Source: a virus. From it: DNA of 64,000 nucleotides. The DNA is taken from IMG/VR virus record IMGVR_UViG_3300042472_000301, positions 28,901 through 92,900 of that record, one strand, 5' to 3'. The notes below the pieces were generated by a model that saw only the letters and a list, made by a program, of their open reading frames with translations, had not been told where the DNA came from and ran no database searches. Below are positions 46,215 through 55,402 of this stretch, in pieces. The position numbers and the translations under genes were made by a program. How positions within the stretch are numbered: position 1 is the stretch's first letter; the number at the start of each line of letters is the position of its first letter.

Positions 46215-48767
46215 ATGGCTACTGAAATGCCAATCCCGCAAGACTACGGCCGCTTCATCCCGCCCGCGGCGCAGGGTGACAACGAGTTTGCAAGCAGCGA
46301 GTTCGGTGACACCGCGGAGGTCGATCTGTTTGATCAACCCGACGTCGAGGAGCAGGACGACGGCTCAGCGATTGTGCGTCTAGATGATGACACGCTGGGG
46401 CCAGAAGACTCACCGGACTTCTACGAGAACTTAGCCGAAAGCATCCGTGCGTATGACTTATCGGGCATTGCGTCTAAGTACATCGAGCTCGTTGAGAAGG
46501 ACAAGGACGCCCGCGAGGGACGTGATAAACAGTACGAAGAGGGCCTGCGTCGCACGGGACTTGGGCAAGACGCCCCCGGTGGTGCGTCGTTTATGGGGGC
46601 GAGTAAGGTCGTGCATCCGATCATGGCCGAGGGCTGCGTGGACTTTGCGGCGCGAGCCATCAAGGAGCTCTTCCCACCAGACGGGCCAGTGCGCTCAAAG
46701 ATTCTGGGCGAGGTGACTGAGCAGAAGACGATGATCGCCGAGCGCAAGCGCGATTACATGAACTACCAGTTGACCGAGAAGATCGAGGAGTACCGTGACG
46801 AGGAAGAGCAGCTCTTAACCCAGTTACCGCTCGGTGGCTCGCAGTACATGAAGATCTGGTACGACGAGAGCAAGCGTCGTCCGTGCGCCGAGTTCCTGCC
46901 GATCGATAACGTGTACTTGCCCTTTGCCGCGGCGAACTTTTACACCGCGAGCCGTGTGACCGAGGTCAACGACATCACGCAGGACGACTTTGAGGCTCGC
47001 GTCTCATCAGGTCTGTACATCGATCTAGATATCTACCGTGCGAGCCAAGAGCCTGAGGAGAGTAAGCCTGAGAAGGCGAACAACAAGATTGAGGGTCGCA
47101 AGTCAGAGTCTGACAACATCGACGGCGTGCGGCGCGTGTTCCACATCTACACTTGGATGGAGCTCGAGGACGATCAGAAGTCCAAGGGCGAGCGTGCGCC
47201 CTACATCCTGATGATCGATGACCTGTCATCCGAGGTTGTGGGGCTGTACCGCAACTGGGAAGACGGCGACGAGCTCATGACTAAGCTCGACTGGATCGTT
47301 GAGTTTAAGTTCATCCCTTGGCGAGGTGCGTATGCAGTGGGTTTGCCCCATCTTATTGGCGGTCTGTCTGCTGCTCTTACTGGCGCTCTGCGGGCTCTGC
47401 TTGATTCTGCTCATATAAACAACGCCCCCACGATGCTTAAGCTCAAGGGCGGCAAGGTCTCAGGGCAGAGCATTGTTGTTGAGCCCACGCAGGTCACGGA
47501 GATCGAGGGTGCGCCGGGCGTGGACGACGTGAGAAAGATCGCGATGCCGATGCCGTTTAACCAACCCTCTGCGGTGTTGTTTCAGCTCTTAGGCTGGCTC
47601 ACATCGGCGGCTAAGGGTGTGGTCACCACGGCCGAAGAAAAGATCGCTAACGTCACCTCTAACGCCCCCGTAGGCACCACGCAGGCGCTGATCGAGCAGG
47701 GTGCTGCGGTGTTCTCATCCATCCACGCGCGGCTGCACACAAGCCAAGCACGGGTGCTCAAGATCATCGGGCGCTTGAACCGCTGGTACTTGGATGACAA
47801 CCCTGACGAGATGAGCCAAGAGTTAGGCGTCACCTCAAAGGACTTTGAGAAGAACTCTGACGTTGTACCAGTGTCTGATCCCCACATCTTTGCGGAGTCA
47901 CAACGCTATGCACAAGTACAGGCTCTCGCCGCACGCGCGCAGGCGAATCCAGACTTATACAATCGACTGGCTGTTGAAAAGCGAATTCTTAAGCAGATCA
48001 AGCTTCCTGATATCAATGAAGTGCTACCTGATCCGCAAGACGTTAAGGAAATGAACCCCGCGCTTGAGAACGTCGCCATGACGCTTGGTAAGCCCGTGGG
48101 CGCGTTTCCCAACCAAGAGCACTTAGCGCACATGCAAGTTCACTTGGACTACGCCAAGGACCCTATGTACGGCGCAAGTCCTATCATGGCCCCGGTGTTT
48201 ATCCCCGCGATGCTTGAGCACTTAAAGCAGCACTTGACGCTCTGGTACCTGAACTCGATGGACCGGTACGCATCCAATGCGCTAGGCGAGCAGTTTGACA
48301 TCCTGAAGGTGCAACCCATCATTCAGGAGGCGCAGAAATTGCTTGCAGCGAGCTCGCAGCACGTGCACCAAGACACGCAGCAGCAGTTTGCGGGTGTGGT
48401 GCCGATCATGCAGCAGATGATCCAGACCATCCAGCAACTCAAAGCGCAGCAACAGCCTACTGATCCGTCAGTGCAGGCGCTTGTTCAGACCCAGATGGCC
48501 GAGACTAACCGTAAGGCGGCCGATGATCAGGCTCGTTTACAGCTTGATGGCGCAAAGCTCGCGGCAGATACGAAGGCCAAGCAGGAGAAGAACGTTGCCG
48601 ACCAGCAGATTAAGGCGGCAGAGCTCACGCACGACATCAACTTACTCACGCTTGAGCAGCAGCACGAAGCACAGCGTCAACAACTCGCAGCACAACAGCA
48701 ACAACAATTAGCAGCACAACAAGCAGCACAACAATCCCAACCTGAAGCACCACCCCAAGGAGTTTAA
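46215..48767 (+). CDS. portal protein
   Basis: 850 aa; F.ENLAE, GASKVVHP..AE..V.F.ARA..EL.P..GPV, APVGTT.AL.EQG, Gln-rich coiled-coil C-terminus. Confidence 0.85.
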   Translation: MATEMPIPQDYGRFIPPAAQGDNEFASSEFGDTAEVDLFDQPDVEEQDDGSAIVRLDDDTLGPEDSPDFYENLAESIRAYDLSGIASKYIELVEKDKDAREGRDKQYEEGLRRTGLGQDAPGGASFMGASKVVHPIMAEGCVDFAARAIKELFPPDGPVRSKILGEVTEQKTMIAERKRDYMNYQLTEKIEEYRDEEEQLLTQLPLGGSQYMKIWYDESKRRPCAEFLPIDNVYLPFAAANFYTASRVTEVNDITQDDFEARVSSGLYIDLDIYRASQEPEESKPEKANNKIEGRKSESDNIDGVRRVFHIYTWMELEDDQKSKGERAPYILMIDDLSSEVVGLYRNWEDGDELMTKLDWIVEFKFIPWRGAYAVGLPHLIGGLSAALTGALRALLDSAHINNAPTMLKLKGGKVSGQSIVVEPTQVTEIEGAPGVDDVRKIAMPMPFNQPSAVLFQLLGWLTSAAKGVVTTAEEKIANVTSNAPVGTTQALIEQGAAVFSSIHARLHTSQARVLKIIGRLNRWYLDDNPDEMSQELGVTSKDFEKNSDVVPVSDPHIFAESQRYAQVQALAARAQANPDLYNRLAVEKRILKQIKLPDINEVLPDPQDVKEMNPALENVAMTLGKPVGAFPNQEHLAHMQVHLDYAKDPMYGASPIMAPVFIPAMLEHLKQHLTLWYLNSMDRYASNALGEQFDILKVQPIIQEAQKLLAASSQHVHQDTQQQFAGVVPIMQQMIQTIQQLKAQQQPTDPSVQALVQTQMAETNRKAADDQARLQLDGAKLAADTKAKQEKNVADQQIKAAELTHDINLLTLEQQHEAQRQQLAAQQQQQLAAQQAAQQSQPEAPPQGV

Positions 48768-48769
48768 TC

Positions 48770-49051
48770 ATGTCAGACGCAATTTCACAACACAAACGCA
48801 TGGCAATGGGCGAGTCTGTGCCTATGGCTAAGGGCAAGTCAGTCATTCAAAAGTACGCCAAGGGCGGCGCAGTCATGGCAGAGGGCGGCGCAGCTAATCT
48901 GCCAGCAAGAGGCGGCGTTCTAGAGCCAATGAAATCAACGGGCGCAAAGATTGCCAGCCTTAAAAAAGGCGGCGCAGTGCCTAAGAAGGGCATGGGCTTG
49001 ACGATCGCCATTGGCATCCCAGTGCGCAAAGCGGCCGGCCGTGGTCGTTAA
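48770..49051 (+). CDS. small basic protein with three xxGG motifs
   Basis: AGGAG RBS; YAKGGAV, MAEGG, LKKGGAV. Confidence 0.65.
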   Translation: MSDAISQHKRMAMGESVPMAKGKSVIQKYAKGGAVMAEGGAANLPARGGVLEPMKSTGAKIASLKKGGAVPKKGMGLTIAIGIPVRKAAGRGR

Positions 49052-49232
49052 CCCAGTCAGCGACCTGATCGGCAAGATAAAGGAGCGGCGCTTAGAGTTG
49101 GCGCTGTCGCTTGCTGACGGCTACGCGATAAATATTGAGTCCTATCATCGGCTTGTCGGAACGTATCAGGGCTTAGGTGAAGCTCTAGACATACTTGACG
49201 AGATTTTGACAGAGAAAGACGAAGATTTGTAA
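49041..49232 (+). CDS. small head-module protein
   Basis: Y..LVG.YQGL..AL motif typical of the gene before phage GroES. Confidence 0.6.
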   Translation: MVVNPVSDLIGKIKERRLELALSLADGYAINIESYHRLVGTYQGLGEALDILDEILTEKDEDL

Positions 49233-49302
49233 CGCCTTTAGCAAGCGGGGTCGGGCTTTTGATAAGGGTCACCGACCTAACCACTCGGCTTTAGAGTTGA
49301 CG

Positions 49303-49365
49303 CCTCGGAAAGACGAGGATAACCGCGCCGAATGGCGCTTTTAACCAAGTGCCGAATGGCGCTTT
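49303..49365 (+). repeat. hairpin plus duplicated 17-nt hairpin in GroES leader
   Basis: CCTCG-GAAAGA-CGAGG; G(C/T)GCCGAATGGCGCTTT at 49325 and 49349. Confidence 0.6.
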
Positions 49366-49376
49366 AAGGAGTAGGT

Positions 49377-49787
49377 ATGAAGGACTTTGAGACCCTCGAC
49401 GAGGCGTTCCCGCAGTGTGTGCACGGCATTACCCCACTGGGCGCTCGAGTGTTGTTACAGCTCAAAAGCGTCAAAAAAGCGAGTAAAGGCGGCATCATTC
49501 TAGTAGAAGAAACACGCGAAACTGAGCGTGCGCAGTCAATGATCGGCAAGGTCTTAGCACTTGGCCCGATCGCATTCAAAAACCGTGACACTTTATCCGA
49601 ATGGGGCGAAGGCATCTGGTGCCAAGTCGGTGATTACGTGCGCGTGCCTCGCTGGTCAGGCGATCGGTTCACGGTTCCCAACCCAAACAACGCAGAAGAC
49701 CAAGTTTCGCTGCAAATCCTGAACGATTTTGAGTTATGGGCAAAGGTTGACCCTGACCAAGTCTTAACCATGAGGCAATTCGTATGA
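49377..49787 (+). CDS. groES: phage co-chaperonin (GroES/Cpn10-like)
   Basis: PLGARVL, SKGGIIL, GKVLALGP, VGD.V. Confidence 0.85.
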   Translation: MKDFETLDEAFPQCVHGITPLGARVLLQLKSVKKASKGGIILVEETRETERAQSMIGKVLALGPIAFKNRDTLSEWGEGIWCQVGDYVRVPRWSGDRFTVPNPNNAEDQVSLQILNDFELWAKVDPDQVLTMRQFV

Positions 49788-50734
49788 ACTCAACAGAAAA
49801 AATGGAAATGCAGGTTGACGAGGAGCAAGACGGCTCCGCGATCGCCCAGTTACCCGAGGGCGAAGCGCCCGAAGCCGAAGAAAAACCCGAACTTGCCGAG
49901 GGTGGTGAGGTCGAAACTAACGACGGGCTCGATTCTGACCCCGATCGTGAGCAAATTCGTGCTGCCCGACGCGAAGAGCGCAAGCTCAAGAAGCAAATTC
50001 ATCGTGAAAAGACCAAAGAATCCAGTCACCTTATCAACAACTTAAGAACACAGAACCAGCAGCTCTCGGAGCGCTTAGCGCACCTTGAAAAGCGCACCTC
50101 GGGGGCTGAATTAGCGCGTGTGGACAAGGCGATTGACGACACCGAGGTGCAGATCGAGTACGCAAAGATGAAAATGCGTGAAGCGGTCGCAAATCAGGAC
50201 GGCGACGCAGTTGTTAAGGCTCAGGAGCTGATGTACGAGTCGCAACGCAAGGTCGAGTCGCTTAAATCTATCAAAGATCAGGCAACCCGGCAGATGTCGC
50301 AGCCACCTAAGCCCACGATGAACGTGCCCGACCCGTCTGTTCAGCGCAATGCCGCGGAGTGGATGGAGCGCAACCCGTGGTACGACCCACAGGCAAAGGA
50401 CATGGACTCTGAAATCGCTCAGCGCTTGGACAAAAAGCTCACCGACGAGGGTTACGACCCATCTTCGCCCGATTACTGGGATGAGCTTGATGATCGCGTC
50501 TCAAAGTACCTGCCGCATCGCACCGGCAATGCTGCACCGCAACGTTCTGCCCAACGCCCACGCATGACGGGCTCAGGGCGTGAGTCTGCACCAACTGGGC
50601 GCGGTAACGAGTTCAGGCTCTCTGCGGATCGTGTGCAGGCAATTAAGGACATGGGCGCGTGGGATAACCCCGATCAACGCGCAAAGATGATCAAATCCTA
50701 CGCAAAGTATGACCGTGAAAACAAAAGGAACTAA
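49784..50734 (+). CDS. capsid scaffolding protein
   Basis: Acidic N-terminus, long coiled coil, W..RNPWY, basic C-terminal helix; upstream of capsid genes. Confidence 0.7.
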   Translation: MNSTEKMEMQVDEEQDGSAIAQLPEGEAPEAEEKPELAEGGEVETNDGLDSDPDREQIRAARREERKLKKQIHREKTKESSHLINNLRTQNQQLSERLAHLEKRTSGAELARVDKAIDDTEVQIEYAKMKMREAVANQDGDAVVKAQELMYESQRKVESLKSIKDQATRQMSQPPKPTMNVPDPSVQRNAAEWMERNPWYDPQAKDMDSEIAQRLDKKLTDEGYDPSSPDYWDELDDRVSKYLPHRTGNAAPQRSAQRPRMTGSGRESAPTGRGNEFRLSADRVQAIKDMGAWDNPDQRAKMIKSYAKYDRENKRN

Positions 50735-50736
50735 TC

Positions 50737-51264
50737 ATGGATAGCCGCTTAAAACGCAGTGCCGGCGAGAGCCGCAACAACCGCACCGAGCAGGACGCAT
50801 CGCGTGCAGCGCCCGAGGAGAACTTTCCGATCGTGCGCGAGCGTCGTCGTGCGCGTAACGAGTTTCAGCAGACCGTGCTACCGAATATCCCCGAGATACC
50901 CGGATTTCACCTGTGCTGGCTCGCTACAAACAGCCAGTATGACCCGATTCACCGCCGGTTTTCACTAGGTTACATGCCTGTACGCGCCGACGAGATGCCG
51001 GGCTACGACATGTACAAGGTCAAGGAAGGCGATCAGTCGGGCCACATCATGTGCAACGAGATGCTGCTTTGCAAGATGCCGATGGATGTTTATCAAGACA
51101 TCATGCTCGAGCACCACCACTTCCAGCCGATGGACGAGGCCGACAAGATTCGCGTCGACCAAGAGCAACTCGTGAGCCAGCGCGACCGATCAGGCAAGGC
51201 GGCGGGTAGCATTGAGGGTAGCTTGCCAGATGAAAGTAACGTGAAATTGCCACACTTTAGTTGA
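50737..51264 (+). CDS. head-module protein of unknown function
   Basis: P.IPG.H..W, GY.PV...E, LLCKMP. Confidence 0.6.
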   Translation: MDSRLKRSAGESRNNRTEQDASRAAPEENFPIVRERRRARNEFQQTVLPNIPEIPGFHLCWLATNSQYDPIHRRFSLGYMPVRADEMPGYDMYKVKEGDQSGHIMCNEMLLCKMPMDVYQDIMLEHHHFQPMDEADKIRVDQEQLVSQRDRSGKAAGSIEGSLPDESNVKLPHFS

Positions 51265-51292
51265 AATAGTTTTACTTTTTGTAAAAACGTAT

Positions 51293-51396
51293 TAAAATCA
51301 GCATCAAGTCGCCCGTTTTGTATAAAGCGGGTGACAACAAAATTTAGTCCTAAAAATCATGTTTCAGATGATTTTGCCTGTAGCTTTGAAGAAAGC
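51293..51396 (+). promoter_or_regulatory. putative late promoter and structured leader of capsid operon
   Basis: TAAAAT; hairpins GTCGCCCG/CGGGTGAC, AAAATCAT/ATGATTTT and GCTTT/AAAGC. Confidence 0.5.
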
Positions 51397-51435
51397 GAAA
51401 ACATTATCCCTTTAACTGTTTTTTAGGAGCATCCT

Positions 51436-52023
51436 ATGAGTGCAACCTCTGCACCTTTTGGCCTGCGACCTGCGTATTTCCCAACAGGGTTGGAACGCGC
51501 ACAAGCACTGGCTAATGGAATTACTTCAGGCTACGGCACATCAATCCTGAAGGGTCAAGCTGTTCAGTACTCGCCTAACGCTGGCGTCATCTTGCCAGTT
51601 CTGGACACAACAACCAACAGCGGTCAAGTCTCTGGTGCCTTCGCAGGCGTCGAGTGGACTGACACAACTGGTCGTCGCCGTGTCTCTAACTACTGGCCTG
51701 CAAGCACTACTGCAATCGCCGGTAGCGTCGTCGCCTATTTCTACAACGATCAGCAGATCGTCTACGAAATTCAGACTGACGGCACAATGGCTCAGACGGC
51801 AGTCGGCAACGAAGCCAATCTGAGCAACTTCACTGCGGGCTCAACAACTACAGGTCTGTCGCAAATGACCCTGTCAGCCTCCTTGGCTGGTTCAGGCTCT
51901 GCAGCCCAGTTCCGCATTGTTGATCTGGCTCCCTATGTAGACAATAACTGGGGTGACCCATACGTGATCGTTCGCGTACAAGTCAGCAAACCACAGTTCG
52001 TTGCTACTGTTAACGCTATCTAA
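51436..52023 (+). CDS. capsid cement/decoration protein
   Basis: APFGLRP N-terminus, G.FAGVE.TD, YEIQ.D; directly before the MCP. Confidence 0.65.
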   Translation: MSATSAPFGLRPAYFPTGLERAQALANGITSGYGTSILKGQAVQYSPNAGVILPVLDTTTNSGQVSGAFAGVEWTDTTGRRRVSNYWPASTTAIAGSVVAYFYNDQQIVYEIQTDGTMAQTAVGNEANLSNFTAGSTTTGLSQMTLSASLAGSGSAAQFRIVDLAPYVDNNWGDPYVIVRVQVSKPQFVATVNAI

Positions 52024-52036
52024 GGGGGACTAGAAA

Positions 52037-52951
52037 ATGGCCGCTCCAATGCGCAGTACGGACTTCCGATCGATTGTTGAGCCAATCCTCAACGAATGCT
52101 TCGACGGAATCTATGACCAACGAGCCGATGAGTGGAGCACAGTGTTCCGCGAGCAAATGGGCATCCCAAGAAACTACCACGAAGAACCCGTCCTGTACGG
52201 TTTCGGCGCGGCACCTCAGTTACCTGACGGCACCCCCGTCTCGTACCAGCAGGGCGGCGTGCTGTTCCTCCAACGCTATGTGTACAACGTTTATGGCTTA
52301 GCCTTCGCGTTGACCAAAGTCTTGGTTGAGGACGGCGATCACATCCGTATCGGTCAGGTCTACGCTAAACACTTAGCGCAGTCGTTGATTGAGACAAAAG
52401 AACTGCTCGCAGCTAACGTATTGAACCGTGCGTTCAATAGCAGCTACGTCGGCGGCGACGGCGTCTCACTCACCAACACCTCGCACCCGATCGTAAACGG
52501 CGTGTTCAGCAACCAGCTCACGACCGCAGCTAACTTGTCGCAAACTTCGCTTGAGCAGATGCTCATCCAAGTGCGCCAAGCTGTGGACAACAACGGCAAG
52601 AAGATCCGTCTTCAGCCGCTGAAGCTGATCGTTGCACCGGGCAACGTGTTCCAAGCAGAAGTTCTGCTCAAGTCTGTGCTCCGTACCGGCACCGCCAACA
52701 ACGACATCAACCCAGTCAAGTCGATTGGTCTGATGCCCGAGGGCGCTTCGGTACTGAGCCGTTTGACTTCAGCCACCAACTGGTGGGTGCAGACTGACGC
52801 GCCAGAAGGTCTGAAGTTGATGATGCGCCGTGGTCTTGAAAAGACTATGGAAGGCGACTTTGAGACTGACTCAATGCGCTACAAGGCAACAGAGCGGTAC
52901 ACGATTTCGTGGACTGACCCTCGCGCAGTGTACGGGACTCCCGGAGTCTAA
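52037..52951 (+). CDS. major capsid protein
   Basis: 304 aa; EEP.L.GFG.AP, GGDGVSL...HP, KLIV.P, EGDFET...RYKA.ERY...W.DPR; followed by a terminator. Confidence 0.85.
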   Translation: MAAPMRSTDFRSIVEPILNECFDGIYDQRADEWSTVFREQMGIPRNYHEEPVLYGFGAAPQLPDGTPVSYQQGGVLFLQRYVYNVYGLAFALTKVLVEDGDHIRIGQVYAKHLAQSLIETKELLAANVLNRAFNSSYVGGDGVSLTNTSHPIVNGVFSNQLTTAANLSQTSLEQMLIQVRQAVDNNGKKIRLQPLKLIVAPGNVFQAEVLLKSVLRTGTANNDINPVKSIGLMPEGASVLSRLTSATNWWVQTDAPEGLKLMMRRGLEKTMEGDFETDSMRYKATERYTISWTDPRAVYGTPGV

Positions 52952-52960
52952 AGTAGAACA

Positions 52961-52989
52961 GGGGCTAGCATAAAACCTAGCCCCTTTTT
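52961..52989 (+). terminator. rho-independent terminator after MCP
   Basis: GGGGCTAG-8nt-CTAGCCCC-TTTTT. Confidence 0.8.
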
Positions 52990-53027
52990 CAATCAACCCG
53001 AGTGGTTCAAGCCACAGGAGATTAAAA

Positions 53028-54005
53028 ATGCCTCAGTTTTCAGACGACCTATTCTTAGGTTCCGCTATTACCGTTCAGGGTATGGATGCTTACCCTGCTG
53101 TCTCAACTTTTACTGGTTCAATTGCTACCACTACATTAACTGTCACCGCAATGCTTTCTGGTGACCCAATATTTGTGGGTATGTTTATTGACAGTTCAAC
53201 ATCACTTACCAATGGAACTTACATTACCGCTTTTGGTACAGGTTCTGGCGGTACAGGCACTTACACTGTAAGCGCCTCACAAACTGTAGCAAGCGCCACA
53301 ATCATTGGTTCTGGTAATGCTTTGTTGCAAAACCCATCTCCAATGAGCGTAGGTGTTGGTCCGGTGGGTCGCCTTTATGTTTGGGATGCTGTCCCACAGG
53401 CAAAACTGACAACAAACATCGTCGCCGCTGTTATCACAACTGCTACTACGCTCACGCTCGCAGCAGGTGCAGGCGTGACATCAGCCACGATCACAGGTGG
53501 CGGTACAGGCTTGCAACTCGACTGCCCTCGTGCGGTCTCTACGACCACAGGCGCGGGTAGCCCGACTACTGTAAACATTACTGTCTCTGGTTACGACTAC
53601 TACGGTCAAGCCATGAGCGAAGTCATTGCAACAGGAACAGTGGCATCAACAACCGTCAGCGGTAAAAAAGCCTTTTACCAAATCGCCAGTGTTGTCTCTT
53701 CTGGCGCAAGCGTGGTGACCGTCGCGGTAGGTACAACCGACATCTTAGGCGCGCCATTACGCATTACTGATGCTGGATACATTACTCGTGCAGGTTGGAA
53801 CAACACTCTAGCAGAAGATGCTGGTACTTTTGCAGCCGCCGCTACTTTGACGGCTACGACAACCACGGGCGATGTGAGAGGTACTTATTTACCTTCCTCT
53901 GCTTGTGACGGTATCAAACGTCTTGTAATGGGAATAGCCCTGCCAGCCATTGCGGCAGGTCCAAATGCAACCCGTACTGGCGCTCTCGGCGTCACACAAG
54001 CCTAA
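53028..54005 (+). CDS. virion structural protein
   Basis: Thr/Ala-rich beta protein; G.DYYGQ..SE, TGDVRGT. Confidence 0.6.
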   Translation: MPQFSDDLFLGSAITVQGMDAYPAVSTFTGSIATTTLTVTAMLSGDPIFVGMFIDSSTSLTNGTYITAFGTGSGGTGTYTVSASQTVASATIIGSGNALLQNPSPMSVGVGPVGRLYVWDAVPQAKLTTNIVAAVITTATTLTLAAGAGVTSATITGGGTGLQLDCPRAVSTTTGAGSPTTVNITVSGYDYYGQAMSEVIATGTVASTTVSGKKAFYQIASVVSSGASVVTVAVGTTDILGAPLRITDAGYITRAGWNNTLAEDAGTFAAAATLTATTTTGDVRGTYLPSSACDGIKRLVMGIALPAIAAGPNATRTGALGVTQA

Positions 54006-54015
54006 GGGGTAGATC

Positions 54016-54570
54016 ATGGGTTTCAAAGAGATGAAGATGATGAAGTCAACCGAGCCCTCAGTTGATGAGGCCGGCAAGGGCATGAAGAAGGGCGGCAAGC
54101 TAAAGATGCAAATGGGCGGTGCAATGCCTACTGCTCCTCTAGCCGCTGCAGCCCAACCTATGGGTCGTCGTCCCATGCCCTCGCGCCCAGCAATGGGTCG
54201 CCCAGCAATGGGTCGCAAGCCTGATCCTCGCGCAGCAATGCTCGAGGCCGCGATGGCTCAGCGTGCAGGCGCTGGTGCTGCCCCGATGATGCGCAAGAAA
54301 GGCGGCGAAGTTGAGAGCAAGGCGATGCACATGAAAGAAGAGCGCCAGATCAAGGGCATCAAGAAAGAGCTGATGTCTCATGAGGGCAAGCCAGCGTCTA
54401 AGGCTCACAAGGGTCTTAAAACTGGCGGCATGCCCAAGTATGCAACTGGCGGCGTTGTTCAGAAGTACGCAACCGGCGGTGTTGTGCAGAAGTTTGCAGA
54501 CGGTGGCTTCGCTAAAGTAGCGTGCAAAGACGGCGGCGGCTTTAAGGCGATGAAAAAAGGCGGTTGCTAG
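54016..54570 (+). CDS. Lys/Met/Gly-rich protein with nine xxGG motifs
   Basis: MKKGG, MQMGG, RKKGG, LKTGG, YATGG x2, FADGG, CKDGG, MKKGG. Confidence 0.7.
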   Translation: MGFKEMKMMKSTEPSVDEAGKGMKKGGKLKMQMGGAMPTAPLAAAAQPMGRRPMPSRPAMGRPAMGRKPDPRAAMLEAAMAQRAGAGAAPMMRKKGGEVESKAMHMKEERQIKGIKKELMSHEGKPASKAHKGLKTGGMPKYATGGVVQKYATGGVVQKFADGGFAKVACKDGGGFKAMKKGGC

Positions 54571-54580
54571 TAATAAATCG

Positions 54581-54600
54581 GGGGCGGCTTCGGTCGCCTC
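54581..54600 (+). other. UUCG-tetraloop hairpin between genes
   Basis: GGGGCGGC-TTCG-GTCGCCTC, no U tract. Confidence 0.5.
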
Positions 54601-54620
54601 AACTCAGCCAAGGAATAGCA

Positions 54621-55400
54621 ATGGGTACATATTCGTCAGCAACTCGTCAGGGTGCGTACGAGCCGTTTGAATTGCAAGTCGCTCGTAATCAAGTTGATGG
54701 TCACAAAACTTTGTTTAAATTTGGCATCAACGGCGATGTCGGCACATCCGTAGAAACAGTTTGGGCGCAAGGCGGGACATATGTGTACCCCGCTTCTGCC
54801 ACGGTAATGAAAATTTCTAGTTCAAGCGCAGACGACACTTCTGCTGGAACTGGAGCAAGAACAATTGCTATTTTTGGTCTTGATGCAGATTACAACGAAA
54901 TTAGCGAGTCTGTTCTTTTAGATGGGCAAACAGCAGTCAACACTGGCAACAGTTATTTGCGTATTTCTCGTATTTATGTGACCACCGCCGGTTCTGGTGC
55001 AACTGCCGCAGGTACTATTTACGCTGGCACAGGCACTGTCACTTCTGGTGTGCCTGCAATTGTTTACGGCATGATTACCCTTACTGCAAACCAAACACAG
55101 ATGGCGTTTTGGACAGTGCCAGCAGGGTACACACTGTATTTAATGGGAACTTTCTTCACATCTGCAAACTCAACCGCAAACGCATCGACCAACTTTCAGT
55201 TGATTCAACGTCCACTTGGTGGTGTTTTTATAATACAAAGTTCAGCGCGTACCCCCGGTAATGGAGACTTCGTGATTGACCTGCACACCCCTTTGGCTTT
55301 TACTGAAAAGACAGACATTGAAATTAGGGCGATTGCTTCAGCGGGGGCTTCAAATGTCTCTGCTGAGTTTGAAGGCATCTACATCAAGAACCCAGACTAA
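54621..55400 (+). CDS. virion structural protein
   Basis: AAGGA RBS; KFG.N.DV....ETVW, SSS.DDT..GTGART...GLD..Y. Confidence 0.6.
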   Translation: MGTYSSATRQGAYEPFELQVARNQVDGHKTLFKFGINGDVGTSVETVWAQGGTYVYPASATVMKISSSSADDTSAGTGARTIAIFGLDADYNEISESVLLDGQTAVNTGNSYLRISRIYVTTAGSGATAAGTIYAGTGTVTSGVPAIVYGMITLTANQTQMAFWTVPAGYTLYLMGTFFTSANSTANASTNFQLIQRPLGGVFIIQSSARTPGNGDFVIDLHTPLAFTEKTDIEIRAIASAGASNVSAEFEGIYIKNPD

Positions 55401-55402
55401 TC

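Noticed and set aside
49233-49376. CIRCE heat-shock operator upstream of groES
   Set aside because: No TTAGCACTC-N9-GAGTGCTAA match
51271-51285. Seventh operator site TTTAC-N5-GTAAA
   Set aside because: Spacer is 5 nt rather than 3
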